The notes under the pieces were generated by a model. It made no database searches. It saw only the letters and a list, made by a program, of their open reading frames with translations, and was not told where the DNA came from. The translations under genes were made by a program, and so were the position numbers. Source: a virus (lineage: Duplodnaviria > Heunggongvirae > Uroviricota > Caudoviricetes). Taken from it: a stretch of DNA of 64,000 nt. Below, one piece after another: positions 1 to 9,952 of the stretch. Location: IMG/VR virus record IMGVR_UViG_2778261087_000003. The stretch is one strand, 5' to 3'. Each line of letters starts with the position of its first letter. Position 1 is the stretch's first letter.

Positions 1-1
1 G

Positions 2-184
2 CATAACGTTGAGGTGCGCAGGGAAGGGGGAAGTAAAGCTCTGCGCATGTACCGCCCGGACGGGAAATGGCGGACGGTCGTCGATTTCAAAACTAACAGC
101 GTTCCCCAGGGCGTCCGTGACCGGGCATTCGAGGAATGGGAGCAGATCATCATAGATAACGCATTGCTCCTGAATGCTGATTAA
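2..184 (+). CDS. 3' end of an ORF that continues past the window start (C-terminal ~60 aa); by position possibly the end of a res-like restriction subunit
   Basis: Frame open from window edge to TAA at 182-184; about 50% GC unlike the adjacent AT-rich gene; convergent with the SIR2-like gene. Confidence 0.3.
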   Translation, partial: HNVEVRREGGSKALRMYRPDGKWRTVVDFKTNSVPQGVRDRAFEEWEQIIIDNALLLNAD

Positions 185-186
185 GA

Positions 187-217
187 ACTCTCCGGCCTAG
201 GGAGATTAGGCCGGAGA
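187..217. terminator. GC-rich inverted repeat (ctctccggcc / ggccggagat) between two convergent genes
   Basis: Perfect 9-bp stem seen in sequence; no clean T-run on either side. Confidence 0.35.
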
Positions 218-225
218 TAAATATA

Positions 226-1530
226 CTATATAAACTTAGATATAATATCGTGAATCTGTTGTAGCGGGATTTCTTCCATCTTACTCTTAATAAGAGAGCG
301 GTTAGATGCTGTCAGTGAAGGCCATTTTGTTTTCCAGGCTAGATATGCTCGCCATGAGTAGCCTGTTTCGTAAGGTTTATTCATATAAGTCATTGAGTGT
401 TCAACCGCATGTATGTATTTTTTCTCAAAGTTGGTTCCTTTTACTTCAAATAAACTACCGAAATAAATAAGCCATTTTGCCAGGTGTTCATACTGCTCCC
501 ATGCGCCAGACTCTTTAGTAAGATCTATTTTTTTATCTATTATATCACAAAAAACATTTAATACCTTTTCATCATTCCAGCTATATCCAGATGATGAAAT
601 GGAGGAAATGATATGATAAAAAGAATCCTCTAACTTCAAGAACTCTATTTTATACTCTCTTCCGTTTTTTATTACCGATTTGATTGAGTGCCTCAATTTG
701 TCTTTTATTTTTTTTGCTTCTGGAATTTTCTTGTTAAGTTTTCTAAAGAAATCAGACACCTCTGTTTTATCTATAACCCTAATCCCAAAGCAGGAAAAAT
801 AGTAATCTTTAATAGGTTGCAATAGTTTCCCTCGGGAAATAAGGAAAATATTGGAGGACATTACGTTGTCCCGTGAAAATACCTTATATTCATTTATAAT
901 CGCCTTGAGGTTCGCGTCACTTAGAGAATAGCCAAGAATAACAATAGTGTTTTCATGTAGAACTGTGCTTAGTTTATTTGAAAAGTAAGAATTACCATTT
1001 ATAAATCTGAAATAATCCTCGCTAGTAACAACCATATCTGATGGGGAGTCTATAGAGCCGTGAACATGGTAGACTTTAACCTCACAATTATATTTTGGAA
1101 TTGGCAGGCCGGGGGTGATTGTACACGTTCGATTCTCTCCAGCCAGTTTTTCTGCTAACTTGTCATAATTTGTCGTAATTACTTTAAATGTGTTTTCTTT
1201 GAAAAAGTCTTGAATATATTCAATTGATGGATCAAGTTCGATTGAGGCTATGATTTTCTCAATCTCCTGGTAAATATTTTTCCCCGAAAGTATAAATTTT
1301 AGTGCAATAACCTGAGCTGCCTCTTCAAGGCTAAGGTCTTTTGCTTTTCCATCAGGAAATAATTCCTCTTTGAGTGAGTCACCATCCTTCAATAAACCGC
1401 ACAGTTGCTCCAATAAAGATTGCCAACTTGGGGCTTTATCATCAGAAACAGCCTTTGAAAATCCAGTGCCTGTAAGAAAGCACAGCCTATGTGTAGCTGC
1501 TGCATAGGCAATTTCTATATACTCGCTCAT
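226..1530 (-). CDS. SIR2-like (sirtuin-fold, putative NAD-hydrolase) protein, 434 aa; candidate single-gene defence effector
   Basis: Motifs FLTGTGFS, TTNYD and HVHGS typical of defence-associated SIR2 domains; GGAG RBS 7 nt upstream of ATG; sampled lines about 30-37% GC versus about 50% in flanks. Confidence 0.6.
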   Translation of the reverse strand: MSEYIEIAYAAATHRLCFLTGTGFSKAVSDDKAPSWQSLLEQLCGLLKDGDSLKEELFPDGKAKDLSLEEAAQVIALKFILSGKNIYQEIEKIIASIELDPSIEYIQDFFKENTFKVITTNYDKLAEKLAGENRTCTITPGLPIPKYNCEVKVYHVHGSIDSPSDMVVTSEDYFRFINGNSYFSNKLSTVLHENTIVILGYSLSDANLKAIINEYKVFSRDNVMSSNIFLISRGKLLQPIKDYYFSCFGIRVIDKTEVSDFFRKLNKKIPEAKKIKDKLRHSIKSVIKNGREYKIEFLKLEDSFYHIISSISSSGYSWNDEKVLNVFCDIIDKKIDLTKESGAWEQYEHLAKWLIYFGSLFEVKGTNFEKKYIHAVEHSMTYMNKPYETGYSWRAYLAWKTKWPSLTASNRSLIKSKMEEIPLQQIHDIISKFI

Positions 1531-1586
1531 TACTTACTCCATTTACTTATAGTTCTACGGAGAAGTATACCCTAATGCATTGACGT

Positions 1587-2228
1587 TTATAGATAATTTC
1601 CTTTTCCTGTTAATACTCCCTTAGGCACCTGTTTTTGTGCCAGCGTTTGGGTTCCGCGAATTATGTTAATCAGAGGGCTTAGTAACGATGGTTCCTGGCG
1701 TGCCTCAACTTCTCCAGCCATTGCCCTGATGTAGTCTGCGCTGGCAACGTTGTTGTATTCCGTCGCAAAGCAACATAGTAACGTCAGAACATGCTCTGTC
1801 GTTATTTCGCTCCAGTTGATGTTGAAAAATTCATCGCCTTTTTTGTCGTGTTCGGAATCGAAGATGCTTTGGTGGAGGATGTATTTGCCGGATTCTTTGC
1901 GCGGTAACTTGATCGCTTTCTGGCGTTCCAGCTCCTTGTAAATCTGCATTGCCTCAATTAGTACCGGCCTGCCGTTCATGAAGGGATCGCGCAACCTTAC
2001 ACGCTGGCCAACTCGTCCAGTAATAAAGCTGTTTTCCTCTTCCACCAGCACGATAAAACCCTTTTCCTCTTTTTCTCGCAATTCGCGCAGCAGCTGGAGT
2101 TCCATATCGCGGCGGCGTTCAGGGTAGCTGGTCCGCTCAGCCATTATCAGCTCGTTATTGATCCATGCAGCAGTCATTGACGCCGGTTTGCCGACGCTCA
2201 TCGAAACAACGCATATTTTCTTATCCAT
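1587..2228 (-). CDS. Hypothetical protein at the position of P1 mat (particle maturation); internal ATG with GGGGG RBS chosen over longer track ORF 1587..2339
   Basis: ORF between ref and the SIR2-like gene; SD tagggggcgct upstream of ATG at 2228; no recognisable domain. Confidence 0.4.
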   Translation of the reverse strand: MDKKICVVSMSVGKPASMTAAWINNELIMAERTSYPERRRDMELQLLRELREKEEKGFIVLVEEENSFITGRVGQRVRLRDPFMNGRPVLIEAMQIYKELERQKAIKLPRKESGKYILHQSIFDSEHDKKGDEFFNINWSEITTEHVLTLLCCFATEYNNVASADYIRAMAGEVEARQEPSLLSPLINIIRGTQTLAQKQVPKGVLTGKGNYL

Positions 2229-2357
2229 AGCGCCCCCTACAAAAAAGAAAAGCCACCAGCGGCGGCTTAGCAATACAACTGAAGGTAGCGCCCGGTACTC
2301 AGACTGTGCCGTCCATGGAATATTTGAAAAGGGATCCATCCGTACCGGGCGTGTGAT

Positions 2358-2388
2358 GATTCTGACTGAAGTAACTTGTCAGTTGTCA
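2358..2388 (-). promoter_or_regulatory. Late-promoter-like motif (ACAAGTTACT-N5-CAGAAT on minus strand) upstream of the mat-like gene
   Basis: Matches a motif recurring at 27728, 48308 and 59393 upstream of late-looking operons. Confidence 0.35.
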
Positions 2389-2417
2389 ATCATTTATCAT
2401 TAAAAATAATATATTTA

Positions 2418-2978
2418 TTAGTGCATGATGTTTGCCATCTCATAGGCGTCAGCCAGCAACTCCATCTCTGACTTGTTCAGCAAGGTGAATTCTTTCTTGC
2501 CTCCAACCACACCATCGGCATGGACAGGGACCAGCCAGGGGTATTTTTCTCTTACTTCAGCCGGTGCTGCATGCTGGTGGTGCCATCTACAAAGGGGCAA
2601 TTGCTTTTTGTGACAACCCGGCGCGGTACGACCGGAGATATGGTGCAGAGATACCTCTTCAGATATTACTCCATGCATATAGCAGGCAATGCAGGGGAGA
2701 GCGCCAAGAGCATTGGCGATGCTCCGTTCCTCCGCTGTCGGTGTTCGCCCCTTCAAGCCACGAGATTTTATCTTTACCGCACTTTTCCGCGTTTTGCTGG
2801 CTGGTGGGCGCTCTTTCTGTTTAGCGATACGGCGGTCGATAGAATCCCGCATTTTCTGATATTGCGATTCTCGCCAGGCGGGGTCAGCCAACTTTTCCCG
2901 TTGCCGAGCGATAGCTCGTTCTCTGGCTGCCTTCTGCCACTTGCGGCACTGTTCAATTTTTTGTTCGTTTGTTTTCAT
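2418..2978 (-). CDS. ref: Ref, recombination enhancement function (HNH-type endonuclease), 186 aa
   Basis: 186 aa, Cys/His-rich HNH-like C-terminal half (CxxC ... HH); position next to cre as in P1. Confidence 0.8.
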   Translation of the reverse strand: MKTNEQKIEQCRKWQKAARERAIARQREKLADPAWRESQYQKMRDSIDRRIAKQKERPPASKTRKSAVKIKSRGLKGRTPTAEERSIANALGALPCIACYMHGVISEEVSLHHISGRTAPGCHKKQLPLCRWHHQHAAPAEVREKYPWLVPVHADGVVGGKKEFTLLNKSEMELLADAYEMANIMH

Positions 2979-2981
2979 ATG

Positions 2982-3012
2982 GCAAAAAAAAAGGCGGCCT
3001 AATGGCCGCCAA
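2982..3012 (-). terminator. Rho-independent terminator-like hairpin just upstream of ref
   Basis: ggcggcc-atta-ggccgcc stem followed by a 9-nt T-run on the minus strand. Confidence 0.5.
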
Positions 3013-3078
3013 TGATGTCAAGGAGTGAAGTAATGGCAACGTCTTCGTAGTTGACAAAAACTGCGGCTCAATTATAGC

Positions 3079-3095
3079 AATCAATTAGAGCAATG
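3079..3095. promoter_or_regulatory. C1 operator-like site upstream of ref
   Basis: ATTAGAGCAAT core of the C1 operator consensus; 5' half degenerate. Confidence 0.45.
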
Positions 3096-3225
3096 ATAGA
3101 TGTTTTGTTAATCGCGAATCACATTTTTTCACTTCAGTACCTGTGTGCTATACTCCTTCTTGATTGATTGGATGCGGAATACAAACCCGCTCTTTTGTGC
3201 AGCCTGGCTCCTTGCCAGGCTTTTT

Positions 3226-3537
3226 TTATTTCATCATGGACGCTGTTAACGCTTTGGATCTTGCTGAACTGATTGAAAGGGCATTGTTTACCTTACCCAG
3301 GAGTTCGCCAAATTCCGCCATCACTCTATTAAGCCCGCGCCGCGCTTCCTCCTCCGTTGCATTCATCACAAAATGTTCAGCACTCCGCATGCTTTTAACG
3401 GGGAACGCAACAGATATCGAGTCGATATCTGGCATCCTATCGCTCAATTTTACGGTGACAATGACAGATGGTGACTGAATTTGAGAGCTTACAGACAGCA
3501 CCACATATTTTCCGTCTATTTTGAAATCCTTCCGCAT
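3226..3537 (-). CDS. Hypothetical 103-aa protein between cre and ref (position of P1 cra)
   Basis: ORF co-oriented with and downstream of cre; no domain recognised. Confidence 0.4.
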   Translation of the reverse strand: MRKDFKIDGKYVVLSVSSQIQSPSVIVTVKLSDRMPDIDSISVAFPVKSMRSAEHFVMNATEEEARRGLNRVMAEFGELLGKVNNALSISSARSKALTASMMK

Positions 3538-3587
3538 GTGTCACCATAAACATCAAATAATTAGAGCAATCAAGCGCAAATTGACGG

Positions 3588-4619
3588 CTAATCGCCATCT
3601 TCCAGCAGGCGCACCATTGCCCCCGTTTCACTATCCAGGTTACGAATGTAGTTCATGACAATATTTACGTTGGTCCAGCCACCAGCTTGCATGATCTCCG
3701 GTATTGAAACTCCGGCGCGGGCCATATCTCGCGCGGCACCGACACGGGCACTATGTCCAGACCAGGCCAGGTATCGCTGACCAGAGTCATCTTTTGCCCC
3801 GTAAATCAATCGGTGAGTTGCTTCAAAAATCCCTTCCAGGGCGCGAGTTGATAGCTGGCTGGTGGATGATGGCGCGGCAACACCATTTTTTCTGACGCGG
3901 CAAAACAGGTAGTTATTCGGATCATCAGCTACACCAGAGACAGAAATCCATCGCTCAACCAGTTTAGTTACCCCCAGGCTAAGTGCCTTCTCTACACCAG
4001 CGGTGCTAACCAGCGTTTTCGTTCTGCCAATATGGATTAACATCCTCCCACCGTCAGTACGTGAGATATCTTTAACCCTGATCCTGGAAATTTCGGCTAT
4101 ACGTAACAGGGTGTTATAAGCAATCCCCAGAAATGCCAGATTACGTATATCCTGGCAGCGATCGCTATTTTCCATGAGTGAACGAACCTGGTCGAAATCA
4201 GTGCGTTCGAACGCCAGCGCCTGTTTTGCACGCTCACCGGCATCAACGTTTTCTTTTCGGATCCGTCGCATGACCAGTGAAACAGCATTGCTGTCACTTG
4301 GTCGTGGCAGACCGGACCGACGATGAAGCATATTTAGCTGGCCCAAATGTTGCTGGATAGTTTTTACTGCCAGACCGCGCGCCTGAAGATATAGAAGATA
4401 ATCGCGAACATCTTCAGGTTCTGCGGGAAACCATTTCCGGTTATTCAACTTGCACCATGCCGCCCACGACCGGCAAACGGACAGAAGCATTTTCCAGGTA
4501 TGCTCAGAAAACGCCTGGCGATCCCTGAACATGTCCATCAGGTTCTTGCGAACCTCATCACTCGTTGCATCGACCGGTAATGCAGGCAAATTTTGGTGTA
4601 CGGTCAGTAAATTGGACAT
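3588..4619 (-). CDS. cre: Cre tyrosine site-specific recombinase, 343 aa
   Basis: Translation MSNLLTVHQNLPALPVDATSDEVRKNLMDMFRDRQAFSEHTWKMLLSVCRSWAAWCKLNNRKWFPAEPEDVRDYLLYLQARGLAVKTIQQHLGQLNMLHRRSGLPRPSDSNAVSLVMRRIRKENVDAGERAKQALAFERTDFDQVRSLMENSDRCQDIRNLAFLGIAYNTLLRIAEISRIRVKDISRTDGGRMLIHIGRTKTLVSTAGVEKALSLGVTKLVERWISVSGVADDPNNYLFCRVRKNGVAAPSSTSQLSTRALEGIFEATHRLIYGAKDDSGQRYLAWSGHSARVGAARDMARAGVSIPEIMQAGGWTNVNIVMNYIRNLDSETGAMVRLLEDGD is recognised as P1 Cre; loxP lies 419 bp upstream. Confidence 0.97.
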   Translation of the reverse strand: MSNLLTVHQNLPALPVDATSDEVRKNLMDMFRDRQAFSEHTWKMLLSVCRSWAAWCKLNNRKWFPAEPEDVRDYLLYLQARGLAVKTIQQHLGQLNMLHRRSGLPRPSDSNAVSLVMRRIRKENVDAGERAKQALAFERTDFDQVRSLMENSDRCQDIRNLAFLGIAYNTLLRIAEISRIRVKDISRTDGGRMLIHIGRTKTLVSTAGVEKALSLGVTKLVERWISVSGVADDPNNYLFCRVRKNGVAAPSSTSQLSTRALEGIFEATHRLIYGAKDDSGQRYLAWSGHSARVGAARDMARAGVSIPEIMQAGGWTNVNIVMNYIRNLDSETGAMVRLLEDGD

Positions 4620-4945
4620 TTAACACTCAGATAATGGTTTTAAGTAAAGTGTACAGGATCGGCTCTGCCTTTACCTGTTTATGGTTCTCGTCATAGAAAC
4701 GCCAGCGACCGCGCGTGCGTTCTATTTTCTCTTCACCGCGAGATAATGACAGTTGGTAACTATCACGCTCAAACCCTTTTGCCCGCCAGTAACCACGGTT
4801 TTTCTCAAGCTCAAGATGAGTGGACACTTTAGCAGCTGAATATCCCATTTTTCACCTCTGATTGATTGGTGGTGCTAAGTGCGCTACGCGAAATCTGGAG
4901 CACTAACACTGCCAACATTTCGCAGATTTTACGTAGCGCAACCTT

Positions 4946-5019
4946 GATCAAATGATCAAGTGATCACTATTTGACCTGATAAGGTATTGAACTGTATGGA
5001 TTTACAGGTAAATTGATCA
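4946..5019. promoter_or_regulatory. Cluster of GATC (Dam) sites in the cre upstream region
   Basis: gatcaaatgatcaagtgatcac with three GATC in 20 bp plus one at 5016; P1 cre promoters are reported to be Dam-sensitive. Confidence 0.45.
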
Positions 5020-5037
5020 TGTTCAATAACCCTTAAG

Positions 5038-5071
5038 ATAACTTCGTATAATGTATGCTATACGAAGTTAT
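5038..5071. other. loxP site (13-bp inverted repeats flanking the 8-bp spacer)
   Basis: Exact ATAACTTCGTATAATGTATGCTATACGAAGTTAT. Confidence 0.97.
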
Positions 5072-5114
5072 TAGGTCTGAAGAGGAGTTTACGTCCAGCT
5101 GCGCATAAAAATCA

Positions 5115-5131
5115 AGAATTATTAGAGCAAT
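5115..5131. promoter_or_regulatory. C1 operator (Op99-type), reverse orientation
   Basis: aattattagagcaat matches the reverse complement of ATTGCTCTAATAAATTT. Confidence 0.55.
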
Positions 5132-5197
5132 AAATTTTGAGAGAAAAATCCCACTCCACCAGCCAAAAACTGGATTGTTTTTCATAGTTGTTTGACA

Positions 5198-5214
5198 ATT
5201 GCTCTAATAAATTA
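5198..5214. promoter_or_regulatory. C1 operator (Op99-type), forward orientation
   Basis: ATTGCTCTAATAAATTa, 16 of 17 match to consensus. Confidence 0.6.
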
Positions 5215-5452
5215 TAGTTTTGCCGCCGTTTCGTAATACGACTTTGGATTCACTATTTAATGTGTCTTCAGCGTTGTAGAGCGGCTCAGAAGGAAATGAG
5301 CAAACAGGGAAACCTTATACAACGGCATTACAGCTATGCATTGCTCATCTTACACACAGCGCAATGTTGTTAGATTACCCCAGCATGGATCATGGGTGAA
5401 ACAGTAGGTCAGAGCTTCAGGCTCTGTGTTGTCAATACAGTGAGGCATAATT

Positions 5453-5662
5453 ATGGCTTTCATTCCACCAACCATCGACGACGTTAGACATTGCTCTAAC
5501 GCTTTATCTGTAGACCCCGCCGAAACCGACGCTGCCCGCGCCATTGCTGAACACTACTCAAAGATATCCAATCAGGAGTACCGCATCACCCAAGACGACC
5601 TGGATGATCTCACTGACACAATCGAATATCTCATGGCCACTAACCAGCCAGACTCACAATAA
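5453..5662 (+). CDS. coi: Coi, C1 inactivator, 69 aa
   Basis: 69-aa ORF immediately upstream of c1, downstream of the operator cluster. Confidence 0.75.
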   Translation: MAFIPPTIDDVRHCSNALSVDPAETDAARAIAEHYSKISNQEYRITQDDLDDLTDTIEYLMATNQPDSQ

Positions 5663-5772
5663 ATGCACTAATAAATCTATTATTTTCGTTGGATCCTTCT
5701 ATAATGGTGGCCAACAACTCCCAGTGTAATCCGCTGTGAGTTGTTGGCCATGTCAATTCTGGAGGAGGATCA

Positions 5773-6624
5773 ATGATAAATTATGTCTACGGCGAACAAC
5801 TGTACCAGGAGTTCGTCAGCTTCAGGGATCTCTTTCTAAAAAAAGCTGTTGCACGCGCCCAACACGTTGATGCCGCCAGCGACGGTCGTCCTGTACGCCC
5901 GGTTGTCGTTCTGCCGTTCAAAGAAACTGACAGCATTCAGGCTGAAATTGATAAATGGACTTTAATGGCGCGGGAACTGGAACAGTACCCAGACCTCAAT
6001 ATCCCAAAGACTATTTTATATCCAGTGCCTAACATCCTTCGCGGTGTGCGTAAGGTTACGACTTATCAGACAGAAGCTGTGAACAGCGTCAACATGACCG
6101 CTGGCCGCATTATTCATCTGATTGATAAGGACATTCGCATCCAGAAAAGCGCAGGGATCAATGAGCACAGTGCGAAATACATAGAGAACCTGGAAGCAAC
6201 AAAAGAGCTAATGAAGCAGTACCCGGAGGATGAAAAATTCCGTATGCGCGTACACGGCTTTAGCGAAACAATGCTGCGCGTCCATTACATTTCTAGTAGC
6301 CCTAACTACAATGATGGTAAATCAGTTAGTTACCATGTGCCGCTATGTGGTGTGTTTATCTGCGATGAAACTCTCCGTGATGGAATTATCATCAACGGTG
6401 AATTCGAGAAAGCAAAATTTAGCCTTTATGACTCTATAGAACCGATCATCTGCGACCGCTGGCCGCAGGCAAAAATATATCGCCTGGCAGATATTGAAAA
6501 TGTAAAAAAACAAATTGCCATCACTCGCGAAGAGAAAAAGGTCAAATCAGCCGCATCAGTTACGCGCAGCCGTAAAACTAAGAAGGGGCAGCCAGTAAAC
6601 GACAACCCCGAAAGCGCGCAATAG
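5773..6624 (+). CDS. c1: C1 primary immunity repressor, 283 aa
   Basis: 283 aa; position in the coi-c1 operon next to loxP; cognate operators throughout the window. Confidence 0.85.
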   Translation: MINYVYGEQLYQEFVSFRDLFLKKAVARAQHVDAASDGRPVRPVVVLPFKETDSIQAEIDKWTLMARELEQYPDLNIPKTILYPVPNILRGVRKVTTYQTEAVNSVNMTAGRIIHLIDKDIRIQKSAGINEHSAKYIENLEATKELMKQYPEDEKFRMRVHGFSETMLRVHYISSSPNYNDGKSVSYHVPLCGVFICDETLRDGIIINGEFEKAKFSLYDSIEPIICDRWPQAKIYRLADIENVKKQIAITREEKKVKSAASVTRSRKTKKGQPVNDNPESAQ

Positions 6625-6648
6625 TTTCCATCCGGCATGGTCAATGAG

Positions 6649-8133
6649 TTATTCATTAAGCCATGCCAGAGCTTCATCAACCTGCGCTTCGTCTTCGACG
6701 CTAAGCACTTCATCCTGGGGAACATAATCCGCCAGCATAGCGAAACAATATGTATCCCAATGGTCTGGTGAGTGCAGGTTGAGTTTTTTCTTCATATCCT
6801 CCTTACTCATCACCTTCCATTGACCGGCGGAGTTAATCCCTACAGGGATTTTCGACGCTTCCTCAATAGTTTCATTACCCTTATCCAGTCTCATACGACC
6901 TGATTTTACGGCCTCTGCGGCTTGAACGTTGGCATAAGCACGTTTATCAAAGTACAGGCTCTTATCTTCACGGCTATGCATCTTTTTACCCCAGCGTATA
7001 CGCTGTACGGTAATACCATAATACTCGTACATCAGATCCGCCGTTGCTTTACCCAGCCCATCGCCGTCTATCGCTATGGTGATATTTGGGAATCGCTCAG
7101 GATTACATTCTGCGAAAATTTTGGCGGCAAGCTGCGTTTCTGTAACGTCTGTGTATTCCAGCATTCGATAGTTGATTACACGGCGTTTATTTCTCTGGCC
7201 GGACACCATCATGATATTGATAACGGACTTATCCCGTCCCGTACCACCAGCAACGTCCACACATGCAAGCCAGCCCCATCCTTTGGCAATCTTGACTTTC
7301 CGCCGCGTCGCACGTTCAACCTCATCACGTCCAAGAAGGAAGCCATCCTGTGATTTAGGGAATAGTCCGCGTACCTTAATCATGTACATAGGGTTATCAC
7401 GCCCGCCGTACTCCGCCAGCTTCATTTTGATAAATGCTGGCGTTACCAGCGGTGATTCCTCACTGTTAAGCGTGATCGCCGTATAAACGCCATCAGGGTT
7501 ACCAGGACGCTTGGCCAGTTTATGGTGAGTATCGTAGAAATAGCCGCTTGGGCGTGTAGGCTGTGACAGTAATAAGATGCGGTTATCCTGTCCGGTAAGA
7601 GCACCGGTGATGATACCGAAAGCTCTATCACTGACACCGGAGGCTTCATCGATAATATACAGAAGATGATCTGCGTGTTCACCGGCGAGAGCTTCTTCAC
7701 TTCCCAGACGAAAGCCCTTCGGTACTACAGTCCATACACCTTTACCAGTAACCTCATAGAAAGCGGTTTCTGTCAGAACAAAATAATCAGCAAGCCATGG
7801 AAAACGGCTGGTGGCAGTAGCCCAGTTTATCTTGATGTACTTGAATATACCGGTCATTACCTGCTGAATTTTGTTCGCAACGATAATGGCGCGGGCACCG
7901 GGATACATGATTATGAACAACATGATCATGATAGAAGTCATGTCTGATTTCCCGGTACCGTGACCAGACGAAACAGATGTCTTGCTGCCCTGTTCCTGCA
8001 CAGACTCAATAATCAGATCCTGCTGCCAGGTAGGTGTTTTGCCGAACAAAACATCAGCGGCAGCAATCCAGTCATAACGATATAGCGCCACCAGCTCGCG
8101 CCAACGTGGATCCGTTACGCAACTTCTGGCCAT
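6649..8133 (-). CDS. pacB: PacB, terminase large subunit, 494 aa
   Basis: 494 aa with Walker-A-like GHGTGKS; directly downstream of pacA. Confidence 0.8.
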   Translation of the reverse strand: MARSCVTDPRWRELVALYRYDWIAAADVLFGKTPTWQQDLIIESVQEQGSKTSVSSGHGTGKSDMTSIMIMLFIIMYPGARAIIVANKIQQVMTGIFKYIKINWATATSRFPWLADYFVLTETAFYEVTGKGVWTVVPKGFRLGSEEALAGEHADHLLYIIDEASGVSDRAFGIITGALTGQDNRILLLSQPTRPSGYFYDTHHKLAKRPGNPDGVYTAITLNSEESPLVTPAFIKMKLAEYGGRDNPMYMIKVRGLFPKSQDGFLLGRDEVERATRRKVKIAKGWGWLACVDVAGGTGRDKSVINIMMVSGQRNKRRVINYRMLEYTDVTETQLAAKIFAECNPERFPNITIAIDGDGLGKATADLMYEYYGITVQRIRWGKKMHSREDKSLYFDKRAYANVQAAEAVKSGRMRLDKGNETIEEASKIPVGINSAGQWKVMSKEDMKKKLNLHSPDHWDTYCFAMLADYVPQDEVLSVEDEAQVDEALAWLNE

Positions 8134-9326
8134 TAATCATCATCCCCGTATAGCTTGCGGGTAACTTCTTCGTCTTCCTCCTCGTCTTCGTCCAGGTCTT
8201 GTTCCAGCCATGGGTCGTTTGATACACCTTCAGTATCAACATCTCCATAACCGCCTGTATCAACGATATCGGCGATTTCTTCCCTACGCTGCTCAATCCA
8301 CAATGCGGCATCGGCGCGGCGGTTGGCGGCCCGTTCTCGCGCAACTTTGTCCAGATCTTCAAGAGAAGGGCCACCGACGGCTGTTTGCCTTTCCTCATCA
8401 TCGGTATTGGTCTTAGGAGCACGCAGATCGGCTTTGATTTGCTCCAGCATCAGGGGCGGCACTTTTCCGCCATGCGCCTCGATGAATTCAGCTGCTTCCA
8501 GCACTGACCAGTTATTTTCACGCTTTCGTTCGTATGCCAGCTTAACAATGCCAGCTTGCCCCATAGATAAAGCGTGCTTTTCCGCCTCCCGGCTTTCTTT
8601 TCGATAGTTATTCCGGATGCTGTAAATGGTGTTGATCAGGCTGCTTATCTGCGCGGAACAGCTGTTTAGCATGCTCGCGATACGATATTCAGGCGGAGTC
8701 CCTTCATCATCGTCTTTTTGCTGATCGCGCATTTCCTGCACCAGACGAATACACGTATCCCTGGCATTCTCCAGCATAAGGAGATGAGAAAGAGACTTTT
8801 CCAGAAGAGTGGTTTCCAGAACATCGGCCCCGGACCGACGCAACATAGCGCGCGCAGCCTTCCGCGCTTCAACGTTATCTATCAGGTAATCGCCAGCTTC
8901 GAATTCAAAGCGTTCACCATCATCATCCAGGGTGTCGCGTTCCAGGCGATCACGTAAGGTCCGGTGGGCGCGGGTGATCACGTCATGATCATCAGAACGA
9001 TCATTTATGCGCTTATTTTGGCGCTTCGCATTCTCGACTGCGGCACTGACAACGGCATTAACCCTTTGTTTTTCCGCTATTTCAGCCACAATGTGATCAC
9101 CTGCATGTTGATCATTAGAGTGATCAATGATCATGCTTTTTAGTGGCTTCCTGACTGGCTTATTTGGCTTGCGGCTGTCCGCTGCCCTGGTGTCTTCTTT
9201 GAAGGCACGGAGATAACGACGTGCAGTATTAGGGTTAAGATTAAACTCGGCGGCATACTGTGCGATGGTGTAACCACCATCTCGCGCCAGGCGAGCAAAA
9301 TTCTTCTTGTGATCGTCCCAGGTCAC
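8133..9326 (-). CDS. pacA: PacA, terminase small / pac-recognition subunit, 397 aa
   Basis: 397 aa; pac hexamer cluster lies inside its 5' part. Confidence 0.8.
   Translation of the reverse strand: MTWDDHKKNFARLARDGGYTIAQYAAEFNLNPNTARRYLRAFKEDTRAADSRKPNKPVRKPLKSMIIDHSNDQHAGDHIVAEIAEKQRVNAVVSAAVENAKRQNKRINDRSDDHDVITRAHRTLRDRLERDTLDDDGERFEFEAGDYLIDNVEARKAARAMLRRSGADVLETTLLEKSLSHLLMLENARDTCIRLVQEMRDQQKDDDEGTPPEYRIASMLNSCSAQISSLINTIYSIRNNYRKESREAEKHALSMGQAGIVKLAYERKRENNWSVLEAAEFIEAHGGKVPPLMLEQIKADLRAPKTNTDDEERQTAVGGPSLEDLDKVARERAANRRADAALWIEQRREEIADIVDTGGYGDVDTEGVSNDPWLEQDLDEDEEEDEEVTRKLYGDDD
8945..9135. other. pac packaging site (TGATCA-type hexamer repeats with Dam sites)
   Basis: Seven GATC-containing hexamers in two groups (8947-8993 and 9093-9133) within pacA. 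Confidence 0.6.
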
Positions 9327-9411
9327 TTATGCTTCCTTTCGTAAAAACTCTTTTTGACGCGAGGGTAACGAAAGTCACATGTCAAAAGGCCCGGAACGGG
9401 CAAGCAATCAA

Positions 9412-9864
9412 TCAGATACGTGCGGATGTGGCATTACCGTAATGACGGTGCTGACGGGCCACCTTATTGAAAAGTTGACGCGCCATTACCCAAGGCTGGT
9501 GCTCCCGGCGTTCCTTTTCGTCCTGCGTCATATAGAGTTCGTTCTGGAGTTTTTCATCAAACCGGCGCGGAGCGCGGCTACGGCGAAAGAATTCAGGATT
9601 CAGAGAGTGGATCTGAAATCTACGTGGGCGTGTACTGTCATCAATCAAAACAGACGAATACTTAGACACAGCGATAGCCTTTAAGCGCAGATAAACATCG
9701 CGCTTATCGACATCCAGATGCGGGTATTCCTTTTCAAGAATTGCTGCGAGTTCTTTCGCTGATAGAAGAGATTTAGTGCGGATCATGTAATCCGCAATCT
9801 CGTACGATGTTATTCGTGAGTGATTTATTTCCATGAAGTGGCGTCCCTGCCAGTTAAGTAACAT
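9412..9864 (-). CDS. lpa: Lpa-like late promoter activator, 150 aa
   Basis: 150-aa ORF downstream of a C1 operator and adjacent to pacA, as for P1 gene 10. Confidence 0.55.
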   Translation of the reverse strand: MLLNWQGRHFMEINHSRITSYEIADYMIRTKSLLSAKELAAILEKEYPHLDVDKRDVYLRLKAIAVSKYSSVLIDDSTRPRRFQIHSLNPEFFRRSRAPRRFDEKLQNELYMTQDEKERREHQPWVMARQLFNKVARQHRHYGNATSARI

Positions 9865-9934
9865 CCTGTCACCTACTGATTAGCCCATGTCAACTAATCA
9901 ACGTGGAATATAATACCCTCGATTAAAGAAATAG

Positions 9935-9951
9935 CAATACATTAGAGCAAT
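9935..9951. promoter_or_regulatory. C1 operator upstream of lpa
   Basis: ATTAGAGCAAT core with partly degenerate 5' half. Confidence 0.5.
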
Positions 9952-9952
9952 T

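Noticed and set aside
2520-3002. 160-aa plus-strand ORF antisense to ref, and similar antisense ORFs inside pacB, dmt, ant and other long genes
   Set aside because: Each is fully embedded opposite a well-supported gene and lacks independent support; typical shadow ORFs.
4627-4848. 73-aa minus-strand ORF immediately upstream of cre
   Set aside because: It lies in the cre promoter/leader between loxP and cre where P1 has no gene to my knowledge; no RBS or domain support, so treated as a chance ORF.
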